Source of the DNA: Bacillota bacterium
GTDB lineage: Bacteria > Bacillota > Clostridia > Christensenellales > UBA1242
Length of the DNA stretch: 64,000 bases
Reading direction: 5' to 3'
Assembly: GCA_009780065.1 (NCBI GenBank)
Contig: WRAS01000001.1
Span: forward strand, 34,521 to 98,520
The notes under the pieces were generated by a model. The model had not been told where the DNA came from. It did not search any database and saw nothing but the letters and a program-made list of their open reading frames with translations. Shown here in pieces: positions 1 to 9,134 of the stretch. The position numbers were made by a program, and so were the translations under genes. Each line of letters starts with the position of its first letter. Within the stretch, counting starts at the first letter, position 1.

Positions 1-1523
1 GCTCGCATGATGCAAAGGTTACGGCGATGCTTGCATCTGTCGTGGACTTTGATTATTTTTTAACCAAGACCGAGAACGACGCCCTTGCCCTGGAAGCCAA
101 TCTGATAAAGAAACACATGCCGCATTATAATATCCTGTTAAAGGATGGTAAAAGTTTTCCATATATTAAAATCGTAGACGGAGAATTTCCGTACCTAGAA
201 GTCACGCGAAAAACGCAAAGTCAAATCAAAAGCAGAGACAAGTATTTCGGACCATATTTCAATGGTATTTGGGCACGTGAATTACTGGAAACCATCAAAG
301 ACATTTTCCCAATCCGTAGTTGCAACAATATTGAATTTAAACGAGGCGTGGCATGTATCAATTACCAGATAGAGCGATGTATGGCGCCATGCAACAAATT
401 AATAACAAAAGATGATTACGTGCAAATAATTAATAATATTAAATCGTTCCTGCGTGGCGAAAAGGAATTTGGTGCACGCGAAATACTGACAAGAAAAATG
501 GAAACGGCAGCCGAGTTAGAACAATTTGAATTGGCAATCAAATACCGTAACGGGATTAATTTCTTGGATAAATTGGGCGAGCGTACAATTGCCCAAGTCG
601 CACGTGATTTAAACGTAGACGTATTTGCAATTATTACAAAAGGCGAGATATATGTTACCAGTGTCCTTACCGTGCGAGCGGGAAAGTTGATAGGTATACA
701 AAACTTTTTTGGTGATAACAAAGGGGTAGAGTCCGAGATTCTTTCATCCTTTGTTATGCAGTATTATCAAACCAATCCAATACCTGAGCAAATAGTTGCA
801 GAGATAGAATTGGACGAGGTTGCCCAAACATTGGGGTGCCAAGTATTTAACCCAAAGATGGCGATAAAAAAGAAACTATTGGAGATGGCACAGGCCAATG
901 CCAACGAATACATAGAGACCAGTATCGAAAAAATAAAGTTCAAACACGAATTCACACATGGTGCATGCGGGGAATTGGGCAATGTGGTAGGTATGCAACG
1001 CATACCACACAAGATAGAGTGTTTCGATGTCTCGCATATGGGGGGCGAGGACATGGTTGCATCCATGGTTGTGTTCATCGATGGAGTGGCGCAAAGCAAA
1101 TTGTATAGGCGGTTTAAGATAAAACATGGCGAGGGTAACAATGACTATCTCAGTATGCAAGAGGTTATAAAACGCCGTATCGCCAGAATAGGTACAAATG
1201 ACCCAAGTTTCGGAACATGTCCAGACCTAATTATTGTGGATGGAGGCAAGGGACAATTAAGTGTAGTAGTCGAAATATTTGAAAATTTAAAAGACATTGA
1301 AGGGGAGCAGGTGCATGAACTTGATAACCGTGAAATTCAAAAAATACATGATATTCAACTAATTGCAATAGCCGAGAGTAACGAGGAAATTTTTGTACCG
1401 CACCAGAAAGAACCGATTGTGCTATCAAGACGTAGTTATGCATTAAGACTGGTTCAACGCATTCGTGACGAAGCACATAGATTTGCAATTACGTTTCATA
1501 GAAAAAAACGTGGCACAAAGTAA
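1..1523 (+). CDS. uvrC: UvrABC excinuclease subunit C, N-terminus cut by the window edge; ends right after the endonuclease domain
   Basis: Frame is open from nt 3. GIY-YIG tail TENDALALEANLIKKHMPHYNILLKD, UVR-like ELEQFELAIKYRNGI, endonuclease motifs IECFDVSHMGG, PDLIIVDGGKGQL and RIRDEAHRFAITFH. Stop follows 8 codons later. Confidence 0.9.
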   Translation, partial: SHDAKVTAMLASVVDFDYFLTKTENDALALEANLIKKHMPHYNILLKDGKSFPYIKIVDGEFPYLEVTRKTQSQIKSRDKYFGPYFNGIWARELLETIKDIFPIRSCNNIEFKRGVACINYQIERCMAPCNKLITKDDYVQIINNIKSFLRGEKEFGAREILTRKMETAAELEQFELAIKYRNGINFLDKLGERTIAQVARDLNVDVFAIITKGEIYVTSVLTVRAGKLIGIQNFFGDNKGVESEILSSFVMQYYQTNPIPEQIVAEIELDEVAQTLGCQVFNPKMAIKKKLLEMAQANANEYIETSIEKIKFKHEFTHGACGELGNVVGMQRIPHKIECFDVSHMGGEDMVASMVVFIDGVAQSKLYRRFKIKHGEGNNDYLSMQEVIKRRIARIGTNDPSFGTCPDLIIVDGGKGQLSVVVEIFENLKDIEGEQVHELDNREIQKIHDIQLIAIAESNEEIFVPHQKEPIVLSRRSYALRLVQRIRDEAHRFAITFHRKKRGTK

Positions 1524-1556
1524 TTGTTTGCCAATGCGCGATTTTTGTCATATATT

Positions 1557-2816
1557 ATGTTCATGCAAAGAAAACGATTTTTTATGGTTCGCTTGATTGT
1601 GTTTATTATGATAGTGACAATGGTGGGTGTTGGGTTTGTTTGGCAGGACGATATCGAGACATTCATGAACACAACAATTTTGGGTAACGAAAGACCTGTG
1701 CATGACGTAACCTTTGACGGCGGATTATCCGTTCATTTTATCAGCGTGGGACAGGGCGACGCGGTAGTTGTGGAATTTCCAAATGGGCAAATAATGATTG
1801 TAGATGCGGGCACAAACACGATTGCATCAAGAAACGCGTTTAGTCATTACTTGACATCATACATTTTTCCAGGCAACACGCCAAGGGTAGTGGATTACTT
1901 TGTGGCGACACACAGCCATGCCGACCACATAGGTGCTGCCAGTTATCTTGTGAATAACTATTATGTTGGACATGTTATACGTCCAAAATCTTTTACTGAA
2001 TACGAAATTACAAACAATATTCCGTTCACACAATTTGGTATTGTTGGTCGTGCAACAAGACATAGCACAATTATATTCAGAAACTTTATCCAAGATCTTA
2101 ATGCCGCGACATGTGTGAATGGAAATCCAACAGCGGTGACATTGCCATACGTGGGTCGCGAAATGAATATTGGCGGGGCGGTGGTTACGTTCTTTTCACC
2201 TATTGGACAATTTTATGGAAACCCAGCAAACGCATATCACACCCAAAATAATCCAGACCCGATAAACCAACTTAGTACAATTTTTGCAATATATTTCGAA
2301 GGGCGTCGGATTATGTTCACGGGAGACGCCTATGTTGCAAATGAAAATGCAATCTTGGCACTGCGTGATGTTAATGGTGTTCTCAGAACTGGATTTGGAA
2401 CACAAGCAGGCGAAACATTTAAGGTGGATGTATTGGATGTCGGTCATCACGGAAGTCACACAAGCACAGGCCAGCCGTTTCTTGACAAGATTCAACCAAC
2501 ATACGCGATTATCCAGGTCGGTACAAATACACATGGTCATCCGCACGCCCCTGTAATGAATAGACTGAACAATGCCAACGTGAATATTTTGCAAACAAAG
2601 GAAATCGGAGACATCCTTGTTCAGGTCAGTGCAACGGGACAATTAAAGGTTGCAGGCGTTATCCACGACGATTCATTCTGGATTCAATATTGGATGGTCG
2701 CGGTGGGATTAACGGTGATAATATTCTTGGCATTGTTTACGGTCGATTTCATTGGTAAAAAAGGCGGAAGCAATGCACCAGCCCAAAGAAAACAAACAAA
2801 TAATAGAAGAAGATAA
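1557..2816 (+). CDS. Membrane-anchored metallo-beta-lactamase-fold hydrolase of the ComEC/Rec2 C-terminal-domain type, without a channel domain
   Basis: HxHxDH motif (THSHADH), DVGHHGSHTS, THGHPH. N-terminal TM LIVFIMIVTMVGVGFVW and C-terminal TM WMVAVGLTVIIFLALFTV with a basic tail. Start uncertain (TTG 1524, ATG 1557 or 1563). Confidence 0.7.
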   Translation: MFMQRKRFFMVRLIVFIMIVTMVGVGFVWQDDIETFMNTTILGNERPVHDVTFDGGLSVHFISVGQGDAVVVEFPNGQIMIVDAGTNTIASRNAFSHYLTSYIFPGNTPRVVDYFVATHSHADHIGAASYLVNNYYVGHVIRPKSFTEYEITNNIPFTQFGIVGRATRHSTIIFRNFIQDLNAATCVNGNPTAVTLPYVGREMNIGGAVVTFFSPIGQFYGNPANAYHTQNNPDPINQLSTIFAIYFEGRRIMFTGDAYVANENAILALRDVNGVLRTGFGTQAGETFKVDVLDVGHHGSHTSTGQPFLDKIQPTYAIIQVGTNTHGHPHAPVMNRLNNANVNILQTKEIGDILVQVSATGQLKVAGVIHDDSFWIQYWMVAVGLTVIIFLALFTVDFIGKKGGSNAPAQRKQTNNRRR

Positions 2817-2837
2817 GCAGAAATTTCCCCATGCCTA

Positions 2838-2866
2838 TTGAATTTTGAATGCGAAAATGCTATAAT
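2838..2866 (+). promoter_or_regulatory. Sigma70-type promoter TTGAAT-17-TATAAT (TGc-extended); -10 ends 6 nt before the tilS ATG
   Basis: TTGAAT 2838-2843, 17-nt spacer, TATAAT 2861-2866, ATG 2873. No Shine-Dalgarno in between. Confidence 0.55.
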
Positions 2867-2872
2867 ATAGGT

Positions 2873-4228
2873 ATGGAAAAGAACTTTGAAGATGATGTAA
2901 TCGACTTTATTATTGAACATAACCTGATTGCAAAAGGCGAACGTATTGGGGTAGGTGTAAGTGGCGGTGCGGACAGTATGGCTCTGTTGCATTTTTTGGA
3001 TTCTATTAGCAAAAAGGCAGGTTTCGCCGTGGTTGCGGTTAATGTAAACCATAACATGCGCGAAGGCAGTAAAAAAGAAAGCCAGTTTGTTAAAAAATAC
3101 TGTATCGATAACGGAATTGAATTCATTGGATTGAATGTAGACGTATTGGCATTGATTAAGGAAAAGAAACTGGGTCTAGAGCAGGCTGCGCGCATAAAAC
3201 GTTACGAAGCATATGAAAATGCAATCGCCAAGGGAAAGTTAAACAAAATGGCATTAGGTCATCATCAATCTGACCAAGCAGAAACCATCTTATTGAAAAT
3301 TTTCCGTGGAAGCGGTATTGCCGGGGCCAGTGGCATGGATGTTCAACGTGGGCCGTATATTCGTCCATTTTTGGAAACACAAAAAGTGGATATCAGCGAG
3401 TATGTGTTTCGTAACCACATTCCATATATTGAAGACCCAAGCAATCAAGATAACACATTTTCACGTAACTTTCTGCGTAACGAAATTATTCCTGCACTAA
3501 GACGCGAATGGAAAAATGTAGAGAAGAACGTTATAGACTTTGGAAAGAACTGTCGCCGTGATGATGATTATATGAATTCCATGGTGGACACATCATATTT
3601 CATTTCAGACGGGAAAGTTGTGCGTGTACCGCTTAATTTATTTATTTATCCAGAGGCGGTTACCAACAGGGTAATTATCTCGGCATTGGACAAGTTGGGT
3701 AAACGTGAAAACATCGAACGAAAACATATTGAATTGGTACAGAATCTTGTGAAATCTGGCGCGAATGGTGCAAAGATTGATTTACCGAATGGAACTTGTG
3801 TCATTCGTGAATACGAATATATTGCTTTTGTTAAAAAACAAACTGGTGTGGAATCTAAGGTTTATTCATTTAAAATTGGGAAAACAAGTTTTGCTGATTT
3901 TGGAACGATTAGCGTTACAAAATCAATTGCATTCCGAAAGTATCTGGATCGTGATGTGTTGCTTATTGATGTTGACAAATTACCAAAGCAAGCAAAGTGG
4001 CGTACCCGCAAAGATGGCGATACATTCACCAAATTTGGTGGGGGGACCAAGAAACTGGCATCATACATGATTGATAAAAAGATTCCTGCGCGCCTTCGTG
4101 ATAAAACCCCTGTGCTGGCACATGGGAATGAAATTTACGCAATCGCAGGTTTGGAAATCAGTGACAAAGTAAAAATAGACAAGGACACGCTGGAGGCATA
4201 CTTGCTGGAATCAGTAGTAACAGAGTAA
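2873..4228 (+). CDS. tilS: tRNA(Ile)-lysidine synthase
   Basis: PP-loop SGGADS (2960-2977), HHQSDQAETILLK, typical TilS length and C-terminal domain. ATG 2873 is preferred over ATG 2849, which lies upstream of the -10 box. Confidence 0.85.
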   Translation: MEKNFEDDVIDFIIEHNLIAKGERIGVGVSGGADSMALLHFLDSISKKAGFAVVAVNVNHNMREGSKKESQFVKKYCIDNGIEFIGLNVDVLALIKEKKLGLEQAARIKRYEAYENAIAKGKLNKMALGHHQSDQAETILLKIFRGSGIAGASGMDVQRGPYIRPFLETQKVDISEYVFRNHIPYIEDPSNQDNTFSRNFLRNEIIPALRREWKNVEKNVIDFGKNCRRDDDYMNSMVDTSYFISDGKVVRVPLNLFIYPEAVTNRVIISALDKLGKRENIERKHIELVQNLVKSGANGAKIDLPNGTCVIREYEYIAFVKKQTGVESKVYSFKIGKTSFADFGTISVTKSIAFRKYLDRDVLLIDVDKLPKQAKWRTRKDGDTFTKFGGGTKKLASYMIDKKIPARLRDKTPVLAHGNEIYAIAGLEISDKVKIDKDTLEAYLLESVVTE

Positions 4229-4273
4229 TCCCTTGACAAAGTTAATTTAAGTATGATATTATGCAATAATGCA

Positions 4274-4314
4274 AAGCCTGTACACAGTTCAAGCTGTGTG
4301 CGGGCTTCTTTTTT
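4274..4314 (+). terminator. Rho-independent terminator after tilS
   Basis: 14-nt stem AAGCCTGTACACAG / CTGTGTGCGGGCTT (two G-U or mismatch positions), 6-nt loop, then a CTTTTTTT run. Confidence 0.75.
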
Positions 4315-4331
4315 GGGGGAATAGGAAACTT

Positions 4332-5861
4332 ATGAAATTTAATGAAATGAATTTGTCGGATTATATAATAAAGGGCTTGGATGCCCAGGGCATTGAAACG
4401 CCAACCGAGATACAAGAGGTCACAATACCGCTAGTCAAAAGTGGTGTGGACGTAATAGGTCTAAGTCAAACGGGCAGCGGCAAAACATATGCCTATGGGA
4501 TACCTGCGCTTGAACGCGTGGATTTAAATATTTATGGTGTTCAATTTTTGGTTGTGTGTCCGACACGGGAACTGGCTGCGCAAATTGCGGACAATTTGAA
4601 AAAGTTGACAAACTTTACCTCACGTATTGGTGTTATCGCAATATTCGGTGGTGCCAGCATGGACAGACAAATTCAATCGCTTAAACGTGGTGCAAAAATT
4701 GTTGTTGGAACGCCAGGTCGATTAATGGATCACTTGCGCCGTAAAACATTGAAGTTGGATAATCTGAAAATGGTAATCCTAGACGAGGCAGATGAGATGC
4801 TAAACATGGGTTTCAAAGAGGATATTGAAACAATATTAAAATCCACTCCGGACTCAAGACAAACTGTAATGTTCAGTGCGACCATGCCACCCGAAATCGT
4901 AAAGATAACAAAACTGTACATGAAAGAACCAGTCATGATCAAAGCCAAGAATCAAGATTGTGCACCTGCTCTTATTAAACAATATTATATAAGTTGTAAG
5001 CGCCCCGAGAAACCAGAAATCCTGGAAAAAATTTATACTGAATTTAATCCATGGATATCTATTGTTTTTTGTAACACCATTCAAATGACCCAGGAATTAT
5101 CCACGGCACTGAAAAAGAACGGATTACCCGCTGTATGTCTTAATGGGGATATGCGTCAAAGTGAACGTCGTCGCGTAATGGACAAATTTAAAAATGACGA
5201 AGGCGGCGGGATACTGGTTGCAACTGACGTGGCTGCACGTGGATTGGACATTAAAAATGTGGACGTTGTTATTAACTTTGATTTTCCAAATAATGACGAT
5301 TACTATGTCCATAGAATTGGTAGAACTGGACGTGCGGGTAAAGATGGGGTAGCAATATCATTGATTACTAGTGGCAATCAACTTAAGGATTTGCAAACCC
5401 TTACGAATAAGGATGGAGTAGAAGAATATACCAGTTTAAGCACAACAAAATACGGTGCAAAAGAGTTGTCAAAAGGCAGAGGTAAACCAAGACAAAGTTT
5501 CAACAAACAAAGAAATCACAGCCAAAAAGCAAATGCACCAAGACGCGAAAGCGGCGAATTCAAAAGGTTAGGCGACAAGAGGGAAAGCAAGGAAAATCAC
5601 CAAAAACGCGAAGAGACGGGTTTTGTCGGTGGATACGGTGAAAGGCGCGAAGGTTTAAAAGGTAACAAAACACGAGAAAGGTTCGGCAAACCCAACACAG
5701 AAAAACGTGAACGAGGCGGTTTCAATAATTCATCAGAAAAGCGTGAAAAAAGCGGATTCAAAAACAATTCATTTAAGCAGGAAAATACTGGATTCAAAAA
5801 TAACCAAAGAAACAAAGGTGGTCGAAAAAAGCCAAACCGAAACAACCGCGGACCAAGATAA
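4332..5861 (+). CDS. DEAD-box ATP-dependent RNA helicase with a basic repeat-rich C-terminal tail
   Basis: Q-motif region, SQTGSGKT, DEADEM (4782-4796), SAT, HRIGRTGRAG. Tail carries reiterated GF(K/N)NN and KRE units. ATG 4332 follows a GGGGGA Shine-Dalgarno and lies downstream of the tilS terminator. Confidence 0.9.
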   Translation: MKFNEMNLSDYIIKGLDAQGIETPTEIQEVTIPLVKSGVDVIGLSQTGSGKTYAYGIPALERVDLNIYGVQFLVVCPTRELAAQIADNLKKLTNFTSRIGVIAIFGGASMDRQIQSLKRGAKIVVGTPGRLMDHLRRKTLKLDNLKMVILDEADEMLNMGFKEDIETILKSTPDSRQTVMFSATMPPEIVKITKLYMKEPVMIKAKNQDCAPALIKQYYISCKRPEKPEILEKIYTEFNPWISIVFCNTIQMTQELSTALKKNGLPAVCLNGDMRQSERRRVMDKFKNDEGGGILVATDVAARGLDIKNVDVVINFDFPNNDDYYVHRIGRTGRAGKDGVAISLITSGNQLKDLQTLTNKDGVEEYTSLSTTKYGAKELSKGRGKPRQSFNKQRNHSQKANAPRRESGEFKRLGDKRESKENHQKREETGFVGGYGERREGLKGNKTRERFGKPNTEKRERGGFNNSSEKREKSGFKNNSFKQENTGFKNNQRNKGGRKKPNRNNRGPR

Positions 5862-5863
5862 TT

Positions 5864-7144
5864 TTAATCCTGATTCTTATTTCTTTTTCGGTCCACAATT
5901 ATCAATATAAAAAGTCCCAGCAGAGTAGCACCAAATAGTGACAAAAGCCACCATAGTCGGTTATTATTATCGTCGTCTTTATTTAGATTTACGCTGATGA
6001 CATCACTTGGTTTGGAATCTGTAAACGTTATGCCGTCGCCCACTGCAATTATTCTGATTGAAAGTGTATCTATGGTTTCGATTAATTCATTCACGCTTGC
6101 AAGATTAAATGATGTTGCGGTGGATGTAAACTCTTGCTCGTTAATAATGATGATATAACTAACTGCGTTGTCGACCTGTGTCCATGTTAAAATGTTGTTT
6201 GTAACATTCAAATCTTGTGGTGTATCCAAAACAGAAGGCTGTAGGCTTCCTCCAAGTTCAATTTCTATGACAAGGTCGTGACCTATTAATGTTAATTCCA
6301 AAACTGTTGTTCCTGTCACTGTCCAGGCTGCCGCGTTATAATCGAGCCTTCCACTGGTGCCGGATATATTCTTGCCGTTAATTGTGATGTTATCAATATA
6401 AAAAGGGTGTGTGACAGAAATACGCACACTTGTTGTTGCCCAGTCAATCTTACTATTATTTGAAAGTACGGATTCTGTATCGTTAATATCTGTTGCGATA
6501 ACAGTCGCGTTCCCACCTGTGATATTGAATGTTATTGTGGGCTCGTATTCACCTTCCCAAACAACGGGGGCATATACAAAGGGACCAACGGCAATTCTGT
6601 TCCACATCAAAGACCATGAACCAGGTCTTTCAGACCGACCAGTAAAAATAGTTACATTTGGATTCCCTAGAAAAGGGGTGCCAATGATTGTCTGTGATAT
6701 ATGTGCTAAAGTTACACTGATTAAATTATTGTGGGCAAATGCCGTATTTCCAATAGAATTCACACTGGTCGGAATAGTCAATGTTTTTAAATTATTGTTT
6801 CTAAATGCGTTTGTTTCAATTTGGAATGAACCATTGTCTGGGATCGTTAAACCAACTATACCAATGTTTAAAAAGGCACTTGGTGCTATTATCTGAACTG
6901 GGACTAAGTTGATATAGTTTGGAATAACAACATGTATTGGATTAGTCATAGCAAGAACAGCAGGTGTGAGTCCCGTGATTGTGGCTACGCCGCCACTAGT
7001 AGTCCAAGTAAAATCGTCCGCTGTTGTGAAATGTATTTGGTCGCTTTGTTGGGGATTTGCAAAAATACCCGCAAAATGTAAAATCCCAAAGGTTAATGAT
7101 AGGATGGAAACCAATACCCCTGTACCTAAAAGAATTTTTTTCAC
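5864..7144 (-). CDS. Surface protein with BspA-type leucine-rich repeats, an FN3/Ig-like module and a C-terminal TM anchor
   Basis: Signal/TM MKKILLGTGVLVSILSLTF. LRR units such as IAPSAFLNIGIVGLTIPD, IETNAFRNNNLKTLTIPTSVNSIGNTAFAHNNLISV. FN3-like LNVTNNILTWTQVDNAVSYIIII. C-terminal WWLLSLFGATLLGLFILIIV plus DRKRNK. GTG start with an AAGGAGA Shine-Dalgarno. Confidence 0.75.
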   Translation of the reverse strand: MKKILLGTGVLVSILSLTFGILHFAGIFANPQQSDQIHFTTADDFTWTTSGGVATITGLTPAVLAMTNPIHVVIPNYINLVPVQIIAPSAFLNIGIVGLTIPDNGSFQIETNAFRNNNLKTLTIPTSVNSIGNTAFAHNNLISVTLAHISQTIIGTPFLGNPNVTIFTGRSERPGSWSLMWNRIAVGPFVYAPVVWEGEYEPTITFNITGGNATVIATDINDTESVLSNNSKIDWATTSVRISVTHPFYIDNITINGKNISGTSGRLDYNAAAWTVTGTTVLELTLIGHDLVIEIELGGSLQPSVLDTPQDLNVTNNILTWTQVDNAVSYIIIINEQEFTSTATSFNLASVNELIETIDTLSIRIIAVGDGITFTDSKPSDVISVNLNKDDDNNNRLWWLLSLFGATLLGLFILIIVDRKRNKNQD

Positions 7145-7217
7145 AATATCTCCTTTGTTTTACAAGCAAAAATAATATACATCATAGTTTTCGCCATTGT
7201 CATGTAATTATTTAACT

Positions 7218-7246
7218 TTGACAAAATAAAACCTTTTTGATATGAT
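7218..7246 (+). promoter_or_regulatory. Promoter TTGACA-17-TATGAT; -10 ends 7 nt before the ABC-F ATG (leaderless-type)
   Basis: TTGACA 7218-7223, TATGAT 7241-7246, ATG 7254. No Shine-Dalgarno. Confidence 0.6.
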
Positions 7247-7253
7247 GTGAACT

Positions 7254-8828
7254 ATGATATCAACAAGTAATGTTTCACTTCAATTTGGAAAGCGTGTTCT
7301 TTTCAAGGATGTTAGTTTAAAATTCCTATCCGGCGAGTGTTACGGAATTATCGGTGCAAATGGTGCGGGTAAGAGTACCTTTTTAAAAGTTCTAAGCGGC
7401 GAAATCAGCCCAAATAAAGGCGAGGTAATAATCCCAAAAGGAAAGCGTTTATCCGTGCTTGCCCAAAACCAGAACGAATTCGATCATATGACCGCGGTGG
7501 ATTGCGTTATTTCGGGGCACGAGAAACTTTTTAAATTGAAACAAGAACAAGACTCCCTATACGAACTAGGTGATCAATTAACCGACAAACAGGGCGAGCG
7601 CCTTGCAAACATCATGAACGAATATGCCGAAATTGATGGATGGGAGGCGGATCCAAATGCGCGAACAATGCTTGCGGAACTTGGTATTGATGGTGAACAC
7701 CATGATGTACTTATGGGTGAACTGGATGCCAAGATAAAGGTCAAGGTTTTGCTTGCACGTGCTTTGTTCGGTGCGCCGGACATATTGATAATGGATGAAC
7801 CCACCAACAACCTGGATATTAAATCCGTGCATTGGCTAGAGGACTTTTTGTTGGATTTCAAAAATACAACAATAATCGTTTCACACAACCGTCATTTTTT
7901 GAATAAAATCTGTACACATATCTGTGACGTGGATTATTCACAAATTTCTATGTTTGTGGGGAACTATGACTTTTGGTACGAAACCAGTCAATTGATTTTA
8001 CGTCAGCAAAAAGAAGCAAACAAGAAGGCCGAAACCAGGGCAGAGGAATTGAAAGACTTTATCGCACGTTTCAGTGCGAACGCGTCTAAATCAAGGCAAG
8101 CAACCAGCCGTAAAAAAGAACTGGCAAATCTTAAAATCGAGGACATTAAACCATCATCCCGAAAGTATCCATACATAAATTTTGATATCGAGCGCGAGGT
8201 TGGTAACGAAATTCTTGTTGTTGAAAACCTTAGTTTAAAGGGATATTTTAAAAATGTTTCTTTCCGTGTAAACAAAGGTGATAGAATTGGTTTCTTGTCT
8301 AATAAGAGTTTGATTATATCAAAGTTATTTGATTGTATTATGGGTAAAACAAAACCCGACAGTGGCGAGATAACATTTGGAAAAACCATTACGCCATCGT
8401 ATTTGCCAGCAGATTATCGCGAGTATTTCGAGGGTGTGGATTTAAATTTGGTGGATTGGTTAAAGCAATTTTCCACCGATACGCACGAAACATTTATTCG
8501 CAGTTGGCTGGGACGAATGCTGTTTTCGGGCGAGGAGAGTCTAAAGGAAGCGCGTGTGTTGTCTGGCGGTGAAAAGGTTAGATGTATGATGGCGAAAACC
8601 ATGTTGAATCGCGGGAATCTTTTGATTCTGGATGAACCAACAAATCACCTTGATTTGGAATCGATAACATCGCTTAACGATGGTATGAAAAAATACAAGG
8701 GTGTAATGCTATTCGCCACACATGATGAGGAAATTTTATCCACAGTTGCTACAAGGATGATCGAGGTCAACGAGGACAAGTTCGTAGATAAACTGATGAC
8801 ATACAAAGAATTTATCAACAGATCGTAA
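7254..8828 (+). CDS. ABC-F family ATPase (two ABC domains, no transmembrane domain); second Walker A is degenerate
   Basis: NBD1 has GANGAGKST (7353-7379) and ILIMDEPTNNLD. NBD2 has LSGGEKVRC and LLILDEPTNHLD, but its Walker A position reads GFLSNKSL. Confidence 0.85.
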   Translation: MISTSNVSLQFGKRVLFKDVSLKFLSGECYGIIGANGAGKSTFLKVLSGEISPNKGEVIIPKGKRLSVLAQNQNEFDHMTAVDCVISGHEKLFKLKQEQDSLYELGDQLTDKQGERLANIMNEYAEIDGWEADPNARTMLAELGIDGEHHDVLMGELDAKIKVKVLLARALFGAPDILIMDEPTNNLDIKSVHWLEDFLLDFKNTTIIVSHNRHFLNKICTHICDVDYSQISMFVGNYDFWYETSQLILRQQKEANKKAETRAEELKDFIARFSANASKSRQATSRKKELANLKIEDIKPSSRKYPYINFDIEREVGNEILVVENLSLKGYFKNVSFRVNKGDRIGFLSNKSLIISKLFDCIMGKTKPDSGEITFGKTITPSYLPADYREYFEGVDLNLVDWLKQFSTDTHETFIRSWLGRMLFSGEESLKEARVLSGGEKVRCMMAKTMLNRGNLLILDEPTNHLDLESITSLNDGMKKYKGVMLFATHDEEILSTVATRMIEVNEDKFVDKLMTYKEFINRS

Positions 8829-8843
8829 CGACAATCTTTCTCT

Positions 8844-8872
8844 TTGACGTTTATGTAAATACTTGGTAATAT
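8844..8872 (+). promoter_or_regulatory. Promoter TTGACG-17-TAATAT; -10 ends 6 nt before ATG 8879
   Basis: TTGACG 8844-8849, TAATAT 8867-8872, ATG 8879. Confidence 0.55.
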
Positions 8873-8878
8873 TTAATT

Positions 8879-9124
8879 ATGGACGCTATTGAAAAAGCCG
8901 CGCCCAAGTATGCTATGTATGCCGACGGGGATGTTGCTAGACTGGCTAAACTGGTCGAGGCATATATGGTAAATATGGGCAGTTATGGAATCCACAAAAC
9001 GTTACGTGCCACTTTGGATAAACGTTTTTTCAGTGCGGCACAAATGGAATATTTACGTAAGCACAAAGAATTCATAAATGCACATTTTCCGGGCGTAAGA
9101 CCAAGGCAATATGGTACACAATAA
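8879..9124 (+). CDS. Hypothetical protein, 81 aa, soluble
   Basis: ORF sits directly behind a consensus promoter. No recognisable motif. Confidence 0.5.
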   Translation: MDAIEKAAPKYAMYADGDVARLAKLVEAYMVNMGSYGIHKTLRATLDKRFFSAAQMEYLRKHKEFINAHFPGVRPRQYGTQ

Positions 9125-9134
9125 AGGATATAAT

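Noticed and set aside
2849-2872. Upstream start codons given by the longest-ORF track (tilS 2849, fba 12812, rnr 37890, lipoprotein 56941, M50 53999, helicase 4269)
   Set aside because: They lie within or upstream of the predicted promoter or terminator elements, or they add non-conserved N-terminal residues. The downstream starts fit the promoter or Shine-Dalgarno geometry.
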